A DNA stretch of 62,498 nt, the filler included, from Asterionella formosa (Eukaryota): assembly GCA_002256025.1 (NCBI GenBank). It is 9 parts of 9 records of this genome, joined end to end, with 100 filler letters (N's around TTAATTAATTAA, not from the genome) between each part and the next. Parts side by side here need not be neighbours in the genome. Positions count along the whole stretch, not along the records: positions 34,822 to 41,669 come from NKIB01012591.1; positions 41,770 to 48,615 come from NKIB01012592.1; positions 48,716 to 55,560 come from NKIB01012593.1; 6 more parts are not named here. One strand, 5' to 3'. Both the position numbers and the translations under genes were made by a program. Of the stretch, positions 39,446-50,911 are shown piece by piece. Numbering within the stretch: position 1 is the stretch's first letter; each line of letters opens with the position of its first letter. The notes under the pieces were generated by a model. It made no database searches and was not told the origin of the DNA. It saw only the letters and a program-made list of their open reading frames with translations.

Positions 39446-40285
39446 AACCGGGTACATGGTACCAAATTTGGTGGCTACACTGGTCCGGTCTGTACTGCGC
39501 TTGGGCGGTGCGCCGAACTCAGATGTTAACATTTTTAAGATTACCCGGTAACTGGCCGTGTATATGCCATGAACCAGGTCCTGAGCGACATTACGACTTC
39601 CGGGTTGAAAACCGGGTACCTGTATACACGTATATACAATCAGCATCGCTACATAGCTTTGTGTTCGGTGATAGTTGACTCCTGGTGCACTACATAGCTT
39701 TGACTACGGTCATATGAGATTGCAGTGGAGGTTGAATTTTTTGCATGACCAATTACTGGTACCATTACCCAGGTACCAGGTACCATGTACCGGTGCTGGA
39801 AGAACAATACATAGCGACATACCTTATGCAATATTTTTGCATGACTTCAAGTTTGATCGTAGTGTGCCACTCCTTGTCGGCTGTAATTTTATTTAAGAAA
39901 TATGATACTCGTCATTGCTCCGTCGATGGAATGATCTGTCGAAATAGGTCAATATTATTGGTCCTTTGAGTTTCTTCACTTATGACTACCAGTATGTACT
40001 GTACGTTGTCTTAACGGTATGTATCCGTACAAAATATAGGACCCGCGCGTCTAAAAAAATGGAGGATAGGTTTCCTTGTCTACGATATGTGCATGCCAAT
40101 GATCCTGTGGTGAACGCATTACAAAGGTATCCTGTTACCTGGTACTGATACGAGGTCTTCACATTCTAAGCGGAGTATCACCTACACAAACAAATGAAGT
40201 CCACAGAAAGACGAAAGCAAGTACGGTACCGGCATTACTGGTCCCAGGTACCTGGCACTCCGTGCCATGTATGCGACTTGATTGT

Positions 40286-40669
40286 GTTCGTTTGTCCGTT
40301 GCAGCAGAACCAAGGAAGATAGATAGAACAATCAGGAATAGAGAATGGCAAATTAAATATTTTAGCGAAGCACAGTACCGGTAATCATTCAGTAAAAAAC
40401 TAGGGAAGGAGCCAGAACTCTCAATATCTATAATTATTTAAGTTTTGATTGCAAAACGTGTTATTCTGTGTTCACTGGGTCACGGCAGTTCAAAAATATT
40501 GGGTCATGGCAGTTTTTTACTGGTACCTGGTACTCAGTACCATAAATGCGAGTCCTGAACAAGCTCCACTTGATCAAGTTCGTTTGTCCGTGCAGCAGAA
40601 CCATGGAAGATTGAACAATCAGGAATAGAAAGTGGCAAATTATTTATTTTATCGAAGCAGTAATCATTC
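40286..40669. repeat. ~100-bp direct repeat upstream of HSF (40286-40390 and 40578-40669)
   Basis: GTTCGTTTGTCCGT..GCAGCAGAACCA.GGAAGAT...GAACAATCAGGAATAGA...GTAATCATTC in both copies. Confidence 0.88.
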
Positions 40670-41191
40670 GCTCTTGTAAACATCCACATCGACAAGGTAT
40701 GTCCTTCCATGTTGATATCGATGGTTTGTTTCGCAAATAGTGTTTCATGAAGTCAATTACCGGTAATGATGATTGGTAGACAGTTTATCATGGCAGTACT
40801 TCGGATTTTCTCGTTGACGGTGTGAACGTCCTCGAAACGGTTGCATTGGGATAGCCAGACATCATCGACCCCGATTCCCTCCAGCGAATGTTAGTCGAAT
40901 GAGTCGGTTGTTGAATTTTCAGACGTCTTGTCGGACGTCTTGTCGGAATGGACACATTCTTATTTTGTGGTCACATGACGCACCTGTCCGTATGGTTTCA
41001 GCTAGGATTGAGCTTCTGATTGGTGGACCATATTGAAGTTTTCCTTTTAGTTCCCTGGAAAGTCGACGTCAGGAGGTTTGCATACGTCGGTTTGGGATGA
41101 TTATCAGAAAGAAACGGCTTCTGTTTCCTTTCCATCTGACTTACAATTCTTTGTTTTGTTTGACTGTTTATAGCCGTCATCAGTATAAATT

Positions 41192-41669
41192 ATGAGCTAC
41201 AATCCAAGCCTCGAAGAACAGGCTGCGGCATCTGTTGTCGCTGCACTGAGTGGCAAACGAGCCAGAGATGGCGCAGATGCCGCTGGGGGGTTTAATGCCA
41301 ACAAGTTTGCTCGCGTTGCCCCAGCTTTGATGCAGTTCCTGCCTCAGTTGCCTGAGCCTGCGAATTTGGTTCAAATTTCACTCCCTGGTGATAATGTTTC
41401 AGAATCTATGGGTTCTGCTGACAACCAGTTGCCAGAGTTGCAGGCTGCTCCTTACTATTACTACAAAGATTTTTCTCAAGACATGGATCCCGATCCCCTT
41501 ACTCCCCTGACTCCTCCGGGACGAGTGCCCAACTTCCCGGCCAAGATGCATGCCATCCTTTCTCGTCCTGACCTTGCCGACGTTATTGCTTGGATGCCTC
41601 ACGGAAGATCTTGGCGAGTGCTCAAGCCTCGTGAATTCGAGGTGAGAGTCTTGCCCACCTTCTTTGAGC
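41192..41669 (+). CDS. Heat shock transcription factor (HSF DNA-binding domain), 3' partial
   Basis: NFPAKMHAILSRPDLADVIAWMPHGRSWRVLKPREFEVRVLPTFF is the first half of an HSF DBD. Confidence 0.92.
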
Positions 41670-41769
41670 NNNNNNNNNNNNNNNNNNNNNNNNNNNNNNN
41701 NNNNNNNNNNNNNTTAATTAATTAANNNNNNNNNNNNNNNNNNNNNNNNNNNNNNNNNNNNNNNNNNNN
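41670..41769. other. Artificial scaffold spacer
   Basis: 44 N + TTAATTAATTAA + 44 N. Confidence 0.98.
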
Positions 41770-42242
41770 GGAGTCAGTCTCAGCACTTGTGTCTTCTCAT
41801 TGCTTGATTCTTCGAAAGATTTGTTTGGTGTATCTCACCTCAGCAGGGCATGTTGGGTCCCCACCAGTTGGCTGGTTTCTTAACTCTGTGAAGCTGTGTA
41901 TTTTTTGGCTAAGTGAAGGTCCTATCCATTCTTTGTCTGAGAAATTCTTGTTGTGCTGTGAAGCAGCAACTTCCCATTCATGGGACCCAAATAGCAGGTG
42001 AGTAGAAATGGAGTCCAACAATTTGTGTTATAATAGACACAGTGCACATGATATAATAATTTTTTATTATCATTGCGCGCCCATTTAGCGCTCTAAAGAT
42101 CTTTCATGTCGCTGTACATATTTATGTCTCAAGAAAGATCGATTTGTTTGCAGCGGCAGCTTGAAAAAATAGTTGAAGCCATTATACAAAAGTAAGCAAG
42201 GTCTTGAAAGCTCTTTTTTCTCGCCTACCATTTCGATTTTTG

Positions 42243-43247
42243 ATGACTATGATGATGATAATTCCATTTGCGGCCTTTGTCTTTTTATTTCTTCCAAATA
42301 CGAGTTGTGTCGCCTCTGCGCCCTTCCGCAGGTCTCGTCCCTTTGCCCTGCTGCAGCTTGTTCCACGAGGAGGCGGTGACGACCAGCATGCCATGACCAA
42401 GTTCGGTCGTATCTCTGACGACGAGTATATCTTGACACCTACCCAAATAGATGCTTTTCATACGACCGGTTGTGTCACTATTTCCAATGTCTTGACCGAA
42501 GACGAAGTGGCAGAAATACAAGTCATTTTTGACAAATTCATGAGCGGCGAAATTCCAGTCCCTGGCAAGGATTTTTGTGACATGTCCAAACCATTTGGAA
42601 TACCAAGAGAAGACTGGTCCATTATAAATTGCATGCTGCCAACGACCTACTATCCCGAGTGGGTTGGGAATATTTACGAAAGAGTTACCGCCAGTATAGT
42701 CCAACAACTGTTTCCTAATGAGCCCATGGTCAAGGATTATGATCAATTATTGAACAAACTACCAAACAAATCTGATGCCATTTTTGCTTGGCATCAAGAT
42801 ATGGGGTACTGGCCGAGCAGCGCTGTGTTGAATCTTACGACCACATCCACTGCCACATTTTCATTGGCCATTGATGATTCTGATCAAGAAAATGGATGTT
42901 TGAGGTATGTGAGAAACAGTGGTTTTGACAAGACTTTGAGACCGCATGTCCCTCTAGTGGGGGAGTCGAGGGACGATGGTCATGCTCTGACCATTAATGT
43001 TCACGAGGATGAAGAGGTCCAGTATGCGCCCGCCCTACGAGGATCAATCACCATCCATGATGAGTATGTCGTTCATGGAAGTTCTGGAAATACTAGTCCA
43101 CGACAACGACGCACATATGTTCTGGCTTATCGAGCCAAGGACATTGTAGATGCTGAACGAAGGATTGGATTTTCACATTCTCATAATGACAATACCAATT
43201 GGGATACATTTGATACTAAAACTGATGGCAATCAGAGTAGTGTTTGA
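42243..43247 (+). CDS. Phytanoyl-CoA dioxygenase (PhyH) family Fe(II)/2OG oxygenase with N-terminal signal/targeting peptide
   Basis: LTPTQIDAFHTTG, WHQD (HxD), AIDDSDQENGCL, VHGSSGN..RR; hydrophobic N-terminus. Confidence 0.88.
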   Translation: MTMMMIIPFAAFVFLFLPNTSCVASAPFRRSRPFALLQLVPRGGGDDQHAMTKFGRISDDEYILTPTQIDAFHTTGCVTISNVLTEDEVAEIQVIFDKFMSGEIPVPGKDFCDMSKPFGIPREDWSIINCMLPTTYYPEWVGNIYERVTASIVQQLFPNEPMVKDYDQLLNKLPNKSDAIFAWHQDMGYWPSSAVLNLTTTSTATFSLAIDDSDQENGCLRYVRNSGFDKTLRPHVPLVGESRDDGHALTINVHEDEEVQYAPALRGSITIHDEYVVHGSSGNTSPRQRRTYVLAYRAKDIVDAERRIGFSHSHNDNTNWDTFDTKTDGNQSSV

Positions 43248-44003
43248 TGGATATGTATCATGGAGCACTATCGTCATTCTATTTATATACTGAATATATA
43301 ATTGAAAAGTTTGGTTTTCATAAAGCAAATTCAAAATTGGATTTATTTCTAGAACTTGCTTCATCACTTGCAGAAATATCCATCTCTACTATAGCTGAGC
43401 ATCATTTGCAGTTGTTACAAAAATTAAGACTCAAAACCCAAGCTGTAATATATTTTTCGCTACATGTAGACTTATCTACAAGAACATGCTCATCACTGTC
43501 TATGGTAACCCTAGATTTTGACAAAGATATTCAAGTGATGGCAGAAGTAGCTCATGATTGTCACACAATATAGCACGGAGACAGGCATTGTTACTTGGTG
43601 GTAGCTTTTCTCGTTCATAAATCGATGCTGTAATAGGAATGCGATTGCAGTTATGTGATGGAAGTATCATCCCAGGATCGGCTCGATTATATGCCGCATG
43701 CTACTGGTAGTTTGTTACATAAACCCTAACCTTCGCATATTTTGAGAGGCAGTCCACTCGTGGTCGTCGTCATCGCGACCATCCAAGAAGGTTTTTTCTC
43801 TGTACTGGCTACCGCTACTACAGGGCTGATTAATTAATAGAGAATGATCACATTTGGTATAATGATTGCCTATTAGTTAATCGAAAACATCTGATCTGCA
43901 GCAGCCGATTAAATCACTTGATTGATTGCATCCATGGAGAGTCATGGTCGAACAAATTCTGATCCGCCATGATTCAAGCTACAATCACAAAAGGAAAACA
44001 ACA

Positions 44004-45070
44004 ATGAAGAGGAAAGTAATGGTCCTTTCGTATTCCTGCCAAGGCCATTGGCTCTTGATGATCTTGTGGATATTCACGTTTATGTTGGACGTGACGTTCA
44101 GTTTCACGGTTCTACCACCACCCATCTTTCATGCACATTCAAGAAGGGCCAAGAGTCACGTTAGTACTACGTGTCTGGCGGTGCTACTAGCTCCTGGAGT
44201 CGAAGTATTTGACGGAAGCACAATTGTTGATCCAATTGTAGTTTCAGGAGTCTTTTGGACCAGTCTCAAAGCAAAGTTATTTTCCATTTTTATTGGACAA
44301 GTTTTAGCGACTGCTGTATTCGGAATCCTAGCCTCGTTGGCGGCCTCGCAATTGCCCAAATTGGGTCAAATTGTGGCGCGAAATGTCTTTGGGGAGGACG
44401 AGACGAAGAAGAAACGAGTCACTCCTCCACGTTTAGAGGTTTCCTCTGCCAGCAATAATCGAATGTACGTTCCTGGTTTGTTTTGAAAACTCTACTAGAA
44501 GAGTATACAAATTGATGTCATCTTCATGTGCTCAACGTCTATTTTTTTACTACAGAAACTCGCAACTTGACCCTGACTTTGGAAAGCTAGTCTTGTGCAT
44601 TGTCATTGATGTGATTGGAACATCGTCTGAATTGATTCCCTTTGTTGGTGAACTTACCGATATAGCTTGGGCACCCCTAGCTGCCATTGCATTGCGATCT
44701 CTCTATGGAAGTAATATTGTATTTGTACTTGAATTTGTAGAAGAGATATTACCATTTACTGATATCCTGCCATTGGCAACATTATGGTACGTGCCACGGG
44801 TTCCTTTTCTTGCTTTTTGTTATCATCTGCTGTAAAACACCAATTCATTTATCATCAATAATGTGTTTCTACTTTCTCTTTTAACAATGTTTCATCATTA
44901 TCTGTCGATTATATAGTTGGGTGGTTGACACGTTCTATAGTGATTCAGATCTTGCCAAGGCCCTTGGTCTTGGACTGTTCTCGACAAAGGCTGTAGTAAC
45001 AATGTCAGACCCGCAGGTCATTGATGTTGAATCGGTGGACCAATCACCTCATTTATTAGACAAGAAGTAA
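44004..45070 (+). CDS. Hypothetical membrane protein, probably plastid-targeted; exons 44004-44464, 44556-44786, 44917-45070
   Basis: Signal peptide ending TFS-F; two phase-2 GT-AG introns keep the frame; C-terminal block DVIGTSSELIPFVGELTDIAWAP...EEILPFTDILPLATLCW. Confidence 0.75.
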
Positions 45071-45464
45071 AAAAACAAATCACTTTGTGTATGTAAATGA
45101 CGACTGGAGACATTATGTTTTAGACCAAAGAAAGTAATACACTTCTACCTCTACAAGTTTAGCATCAATAGCATAGTGTTGGCTATACCGATTGGATTAT
45201 ACGGCTCAATCGATCGAACCTACATGCCTCTTATAGAAGTCTAGAGAAAAATGATCATTTTAGGTCTCCATCTCGCTCTATGTTTTGTTTCAAATTTTGG
45301 GGGCTGTATGTATGTTGATATCTTACTAATAAGGGAGAATGAGGGATGATCAGGGTTCCATTCGCTTTTGATGAGTCACTTAGAAATTGAGCAAGCACAA
45401 CATATCCATTTTACACCTTGTAGGCAAAACTAAATATAAAAATAGTAAAATATAAATATAAAAT

Positions 45465-48279
45465 TCAATTCTCGGATGGCCCCTTGGGACGCAGTCTCAC
45501 AACCTTTGTTGGGTCGTCAATCTTGTCAATAAATGAAACTTCCGATGAATCATCGTCATCGGCTTTATCCAGTGCACTATTCCGCATACCGGAAATCAAA
45601 GAGATTGTTTCTGTGGATCCTTTTGGCTTTGGTGCCAGTCCCAGACGCTCCGTAAGGGAAAAGGTTGATCCACCCAACACAAAGACTGTAAAAACAATAC
45701 ATGCCGACGTCATGGCCTTGAGCTCTGGTTTTAACCGTGAACCTTCGCCAGTTACTGTATCGTACATTGGAATCGTCTCGACCAATGCAAAGGACATGGC
45801 ACCTCGAAGACCTGCAAACCACAAGACGACTTGCATTTTTCTATCAATAATTACACCAGTACTGCCCGGGATGCCTCGTGTGTTCCGTGATGACCTCCAG
45901 TTGGCTCGTAATTGTTGAACAGTCGTGACCCAATTGGCCAAGAGGGAAAGCAGCGGAATCATTATAGCACGACTGAGGCAGCATGCAAAGACAGAGAGGA
46001 ACATGTGCCAGAAGGACCAATGGTACCGGTAGGAAAACAAAAACACTCCCAAATATGCAAAAATGGATGTCTCCATAACTGTGGCTAGAATTTCAGTAAC
46101 AAATCCCACATGCGCCTTGGCTTCGGCGGAGAGATGACCTTTGCCAAAAATTGGACGCTTGGCCCTTACGCGGGGGTTGCTGTCACCAGGATCTTGTTGC
46201 TCGGTCACGTCGTCTTCGGGATGGTCATGTGGCCCAATGACATTAATGTCCATAACAAAGCCAGTGGCAACAACCGAGACAATTCCTGACCATCCGATTC
46301 CATCACAAATGTAGTAAGGAATGAATGCCCAACAAAAGAACATGAGCACTTCCACCAACGCAGTTTGCATGCCGTGCATGGCCCAGTAAAAGAAGGTACA
46401 GGCAATGCCCGAACCAATTCCGACAAATAGGGATCCAAATGCTATTACAGTAAAATGAATTGCTGCATTAATGACTGCTTCGGAGTCAATCACCAACGAA
46501 TCGTCCAAAAAATGCACCAGAGTCTGAAAGAGCACAATCGCCACACCATCGTTAAGTAATGACTCTCCAAAAATAATGACATAAATTGTGTCGGTATCCG
46601 TCATTCCCATATTGCTAAGAACGCTCAAGACAGCGATTGGATCAATGGATGAAATCAGGGCTCCAAAGGCCAACGACTCCACGTACGGAATAGTTTCACA
46701 AAACCGACCGAGCCACAATGTCCCTTTGTGAACAATCGTGGCCGTAATCAACGTGGCAAGCAGTGTTCCAGCGACGGCATAAATTATGATGGGTACAACA
46801 TGTCGATTGAACGACTTTTTATCAATACTCAACGCAGCTTCAAAGACAATAGGTGGAACCATAATGCGAAGGAACCATGCACCATCAAACGAGATATCGT
46901 AGCCAGGAAGGAACGACATGGCGGCACCACAGAGGACTGAAAGAAGGAATATGTGATGTAAGCGCAATGATTTAGTGTGAAAGCAAACAACAGTGAAAGA
47001 ACACCCAAAAGAACTCACCTCCGACCAAAATACACCCAGCAGCCTCCGGCAACCAGCGTATTTTAAAGTGCCGAATCATCGACTTGACCATACCGCAAAA
47101 GGCAATAACAAAAACAATCAAGAATAGCTTCTTATCAGAAACAGTTTCTTCTTCCTTTTGATCACAATTCTCATGAAAGACGTTCAGAATACTAGCACAG
47201 CACGTTCTTGCTTCGACAGATGTTGGATCATTGAGTACAGCCGAAACAACAGCAGTTGTATCTTGGACAGCAGTGGCCGAGGCAACCGCATCAACTGCAG
47301 CTTCATTCAATGTTGCATTGGTATGGTCGGCAGCTGTACGAATGGCCGACTGGATCGTATCTTCATTTTGAATCATCAATGTTTCTGTTATCATTTTATC
47401 TGACAGGTGTTCATTTGATGTAGGAAGTGTGAGTGATTGCTTGGGCTTGTCGGGTTTCGAGACCTCGACCTCGACCGTCGCCTCCGCCTTTTCTGCTTCC
47501 TCTTTATCAATAATGATTTCTTCTTGAATGCGACGAATAGTTTCCGTGTGCAAAATAGTATCCAGTCCTTCTTCAACTTGAAAGTGCGCATCGTTCCATT
47601 CCGCCAGAATTTGTTCATCGGCATAAAACTCATCGTCTTGACTCCAACTTTTGACAATTCCCGACCACCATCTAAATGTTCGATAGACCAATATTTTCAA
47701 TTTTGTATTCGTGTTTGGTTGATTTTGAAATAACTTTCTTCGTCGCTCCTGACCATCACTTGCAGCAGCGGCTGCTGCCTTTGCCTCCTTTTTGGCATTC
47801 GCTGCAATTTCTTTTTGTTTACTTTTTTCAATAATTTCTTGAGTACTATCCGAATTGCATGTCTTATCAAAAGCCTTTTTCAAGCCATTACATTCATCTT
47901 TGGCGTCAGTTGCGTTAATAACGAATGCAATAACACTTTCTCTACATTCCAGTACATCCGCTGCCTTCATACTGGCAGGTACCATGACATCGAATTTATC
48001 ATTTGCAACAACAACAGGAAATGGCAAATCATGCTCTTTTGATTTGACAATTACTTCTTGTACATCTTTTTTGGTTCGACTCACAGAAACATGTCTATCT
48101 TCGTGATCAGGTATCACAGTATCCAGCGTCAACCTGGTCCTGTCCATTTTGGATATAAATGCCGGTACAAACCCAAAGAGTAGTACCATTGCCGATATAA
48201 TTGTCAGTACCCATCGATTCCGGATCACCCAACATAACTTTTTTTGTGGTAGTTCGTCTGTGACCTCCTGTGTGTCCAT
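45465..48279 (-). CDS. Na+/H+ exchanger (CPA1, NHE8/NHX-like) with long N-terminal extension; exons 48279-47019, 46936-45465
   Basis: WLPEA, VPPIVFEAA, FGALISSIDPIAVL, FGESLLNDGVAIV, WFAGLRGAMSFAL motifs; 82-bp GT-AG intron at 46937-47018. Confidence 0.93.
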
Positions 48280-48615
48280 GATCACTTCCAAAGGAAGCAA
48301 GCTGGCCAATGGCTGTTCTTCCCTAAATTGGAATGGTGGAGTCATGAGGAACTTGCTGGTCACCTTGGACGTATTGTGTTTGCTTTGTGTACGTCTCTCT
48401 CTTTCTATCATTCGAAAAAGACAGGTATGTATGCAGTTTTGTGTTTCGCCTTGAGAGAAATGGCGCTACCACAAGTTCCGTTTTACTGCGACGGAATTCA
48501 CAGAACTGGGCGGTGGAAGCAAACTACAAAGTAGAATACGACGCGAACGAATGGAGAAAAGCTCTTTGCCTTGGATCTTGAAATGATTGCTACAAGTAGC
48601 CTTGATGATAGACCA

Positions 48616-48715
48616 NNNNNNNNNNNNNNNNNNNNNNNNNNNNNNNNNNNNNNNNNNNNTTAATTAATTAANNNNNNNNNNNNNNNNNNNNNNNNNNNNN
48701 NNNNNNNNNNNNNNN
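48616..48715. other. Artificial scaffold spacer
   Basis: 44 N + TTAATTAATTAA + 44 N. Confidence 0.98.
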
Positions 48716-50911
48716 TATAGGGTTAGGGTTATATCAAATATATCGGAATTCAATAATGAGAGAACTCGACTAACACCCATTCTATACTTTGATGTCAGTT
48801 CAGGAAATGAGTTGTACATAAGGATTAATTAATAAGCTCATATATTCAACAAATACTACTATTTCTAGTTAGATACTTCACTTTGAATTCAAAAAGAGTC
48901 GAATTAGAAGACAACAAACATGGCAATGTATTCAAGGGTTCCTGTGGTTCCTTTGATCAAAGACTACAATGTATTGACTATCAAGACTAAAACATTCAGA
49001 GTTGCTTTAACCGGTGGAAGGTTTGAATCGTTTGATCAAGATATGATCGATGGAAGCTCGGTGGAAGCATTGTTAATTGGAGTGAGTCAATTTCGTGACA
49101 TGGCTAACACATGTGCCTTTAGCCCTGCAGATACCTTTTCCTACTTTAAAAGGTGTTTGACCGACATTGCCTTATCGGATTGGTTGAATGTGGAAGTACA
49201 CCCAGAAGATCAATCTTACGATAGTTTCGATGAAGCGATGGTTTTATGGTTAGACGATCGTTTACCAAATGAGAGTTTTCAACGTCAACGACAATGGATG
49301 CTACGTTATTTATCTAAACCCTTTTCTATGTTGGTAATGGATTTCGGAGCTCGTATTAAAATTCTAAACAGGCTACTTCAACTAATGCCTCATCCAGAAG
49401 ATCAAAACGAATTGTCAAAAGAAGATATGCGGATTATCATTATCCGTTCTATGCCCGATGAGTGGCAACAAGAGTTTGAATTAAATCATGCAAAGACTTC
49501 AGACCAATCGATTCGCTCGGTTCTCGCTTACTTCGAGAGTCAACAATCGTTTAAGGATCGAAACAAGCATCTTCCCAAGAACAGTTTTCAAACAATCACA
49601 CAGAACCGTCTTCGCATTGCTGAAGGCAATCGTGTGATGCATCAAGAAAACGAGCGTGTCGGACGTCAATTCTATAAGGATAATTTTACTCCAAGTGGTC
49701 GTGGAAGAGCGCGTGCTATTGTCAATGCAGCCGGACGCGCATGGGATCGTCAGGCAACTGTTCGTCATCAAGCTCTACAAGCCAGTCGTACATACCATGA
49801 TTATCGTGGTCCTTGCCCGGTACATCCTGAAGGTGTGCATACTTGGGGCAATTGTTTCCAAAATCCTCGTACTCAAGGTGGTCGAGCAGGTCGTATGGCT
49901 GGTCGTCATAATGGATATGGCCGTTCCAGTTTCGGTAGACGAGGACATTTTGGTGGTCGTGGAGGCGGTGTACACAGCAATCCTACGGAAAGCTATCATA
50001 CTGACACTGCTAACCCTGTGCCTGTTCCACATGCTCGTATGTTAAATGCATGGGGTCATAATACTCATCCATCCGGTTGGGGTACCGTGCCACGTGCCGA
50101 TCCTACCGAGAATACATCTGCCCAGGAAATTTCAGTGGTCACGAACCCTCCTGCTGGTCAGATAGTGACTTTTGTCCCTTCTACACAACAGCAGATTGCT
50201 GATCGCCATTACAGAGGTATGTGCGATAATAGCGATGCTATTTATAATGACTCGTTGAGTATATCTCACGTTAGTCATCACCTGAATAATATTGTTTATT
50301 TACTGGTTGAATACACTATGGATACCGCTGTTAATGTAACGCGGGACATATATAAATGTATTGATGGACATGATGTTCCACATACATATCAGGGACCAAT
50401 TCCGGTTTCCTGTTTTACCCTTTTAAGGATATATTAACATCAATTGATTTGATTCCGATGTCCCTTTTAGCGCCAAGATTGGTGGATAATATACCGATAC
50501 ATAAAATACTACGAGTATTATTCGATAGTGGAGGATCATTATCCTTAATACATGAACGGGTTATGCCTCAAGGTATTTCTTTGTCTGACGAGACTTCCCA
50601 ATTAATACATACCATAGCTGGTACTTATTCATCTCATGCCAGTGTCATGCTATATGACCTGATTTTACCAGAATTTAATCGATCCGCTCATATTTTACAA
50701 CAAAAGTGTCAAGTCTTTAATGGTCTATGCACATTTGATGTTATTTTTGGACGTGATTTCCTCCGTCAAGTTGGTTTAACCATTGATTTCGTAAATAACA
50801 CCATGTCCTGTATGGATATGATCGTTCCTATGCATCCTCTCACATTCTTTGATGATAGAGAACGTTTACGAGATGTATTATTATATTTCGATGCACCTAT
50901 GATTGTGGAAT
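48716..50911 (+). mobile_element. Second copy of the same Ty3/gypsy family: partial 5' LTR (48716-48880), gag, protease; truncated at ~50911
   Basis: LTR matches 3301-3465; 50411-50911 is near-identical to 1-502; gag ORF 48920-50437. Confidence 0.95.
48920..50437 (+). CDS. Gypsy gag
   Basis: 505-aa ORF directly after the LTR; capsid-like SMPDEWQQEF; C-x2-H-x4-H-x4-C knuckle (CPVHPEGVHTWGNC); RG-rich nucleocapsid region. Confidence 0.85.
   Translation: MAMYSRVPVVPLIKDYNVLTIKTKTFRVALTGGRFESFDQDMIDGSSVEALLIGVSQFRDMANTCAFSPADTFSYFKRCLTDIALSDWLNVEVHPEDQSYDSFDEAMVLWLDDRLPNESFQRQRQWMLRYLSKPFSMLVMDFGARIKILNRLLQLMPHPEDQNELSKEDMRIIIIRSMPDEWQQEFELNHAKTSDQSIRSVLAYFESQQSFKDRNKHLPKNSFQTITQNRLRIAEGNRVMHQENERVGRQFYKDNFTPSGRGRARAIVNAAGRAWDRQATVRHQALQASRTYHDYRGPCPVHPEGVHTWGNCFQNPRTQGGRAGRMAGRHNGYGRSSFGRRGHFGGRGGGVHSNPTESYHTDTANPVPVPHARMLNAWGHNTHPSGWGTVPRADPTENTSAQEISVVTNPPAGQIVTFVPSTQQQIADRHYRGMCDNSDAIYNDSLSISHVSHHLNNIVYLLVEYTMDTAVNVTRDIYKCIDGHDVPHTYQGPIPVSCFTLLRIY

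Noticed and set aside
41770..48615. PhyH, membrane protein and NHE as a functional cluster
   Set aside because: Ordinary compact diatom gene spacing with mixed orientation and no shared pathway evident.
48716..48732. Telomere-like TAGGGTTAGGGTTA at a scaffold start
   Set aside because: Only ~2 units and part of the gypsy LTR (also at 3301-3317); not a telomere.
50402..50449. Programmed -1 frameshift between gypsy gag and pol
   Set aside because: No X XXY YYZ heptamer, and the other copy is in frame.
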